Origin: Chrysemys picta bellii
Taxonomy: Eukaryota
DNA length: 64,000 bases
Direction of reading: 5' to 3'
Assembly (NCBI RefSeq): GCF_011386835.1
Contig: NC_088793.1
Coordinates: forward strand, 101,680,001-101,744,000
Shown piece after piece: positions 62,923-64,000 of this stretch. How positions within the stretch are numbered: position 1 is the first letter of the stretch; every line of letters starts with the position of its first letter. The translations under genes and the position numbers were made by a program. The notes under the pieces are model-generated. The model was not told the origin of the DNA and did not search any database. It saw only the letters and a program-made list of their open reading frames with translations.

Positions 62923-64000
62923 ATTGCACAGTTCTACGCATCATCTCGGAGATCTTTGTTCCTTTAGGTACTGCCCTAAAGATTTTAACATGCAACACTT
63001 TGTGAAGCTGGCCAGACCTCAAGGTAAAAGAGTGACACAAACTCATTGACACCATCCTTGTTTTAGCATGCTTGCCAGTAGGCCACTGAGTGTATACCTG
63101 CAGACATGTTTCTGATTGTAATATTAATCCAGTGAGGTGCATACCCTCAACACATACTTGGCTAGGATTAAGAGAAATATAATAGCATCGTGCTGAGGAG
63201 TCCTGAGGTTTGCTGAACAATCTGTGCCTCAAAGCATTGAAAGATTTGAAAAACAGGTAAAACAACACCAGTTTAGTGAACTGTATTAATCCTTTATTAT
63301 GGATAATTGTTATTTAATACTTCTGGGTTTTTTTTTATTTAAACCAGTATTTATTATCATAAATATACATGTGTAAGAAAAAAAAAGATGTCACATTACA
63401 GTCTGCACACTCTCCTCTACATGCTATTCCTTATGCCAGCAAACTGGTGCACAGTTCTTGGTGTACAATAGAATGAAAGTGATGGAGTTTGGCCTGAGAA
63501 GGTACATTCCATATGCTAGTGGGTGCATGCATACGCAAATATACATGAATGTAAACACATGCTATATATATGTTATTAGAGTTTGGGAGTTTAATTAACA
63601 TTATTTCACGGTAGTAAACTAAGGAATTCTGTTCCCCAGTAATGCCAAGAAGAGTTTCTAGCAACATCATAAACCACAATACTCAAGTTTGGGGCGTTTC
63701 TCATGCTACAAGGTCACCAAATTTAATTAGATACTTAGATTCTGTGCATGTCAGGCACTCATTCTTCAATAGAATACAGATTTTGATCAAATCAACTACC
63801 CCCTCTGCAAGCCCCATTTCTTCCTCCTTTCAATTTTATGGGTCCATATGCCTTCTCCTGTGTTAGGTATCCCCTTTATTTGTCCCTCACCTATTCCTGC
63901 TTTTCTTTTCTTTTCTTTTCTTTCTCCCAGCATGTCAGGTTCATATAAGGCTATTTCTGTACCACAGAGTACATGAAAGCTTTCTGGCATACTTTTCTAA

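Larger units (their letters stand above)
56390..64000. repeat. TAAR4 tandem unit, copy 3 (runs off the window)
   Basis: Homologous to about 24820-36650. Confidence 0.9.

Overview
This is vertebrate genomic DNA, most likely from a turtle (inferred from the repeat landscape of CR1 LINEs, Harbinger and many GC-rich hAT-type MITEs). It covers part of the trace amine-associated receptor (TAAR) cluster. The + strand carries a 5'-truncated TAAR6-9-like gene and a disrupted paralogue. The - strand carries an intact TAAR5, three intact and about 93% identical TAAR4 copies, and a TAAR5 pseudogene. This order and polarity match the canonical amniote cluster, here expanded by tandem duplication of a TAAR5-TAAR4 unit. 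The intergenic DNA is dense in transposon relics. These include a 4.2 kb two-gene PIF/Harbinger element, Gypsy and chromovirus remnants, solo LTRs, CR1 fragments and MITEs, many of them datable by empty sites in the paralogous copies. I see no unambiguous new biological system. The best leads are receptor-pocket divergence among the TAAR4 copies, an Asp3.32->Asn TAAR, copy-specific loss of 5'-UTR splicing signals, and a TIR element with an atypical 6-bp target duplication. All alignments and counts were done by eye.
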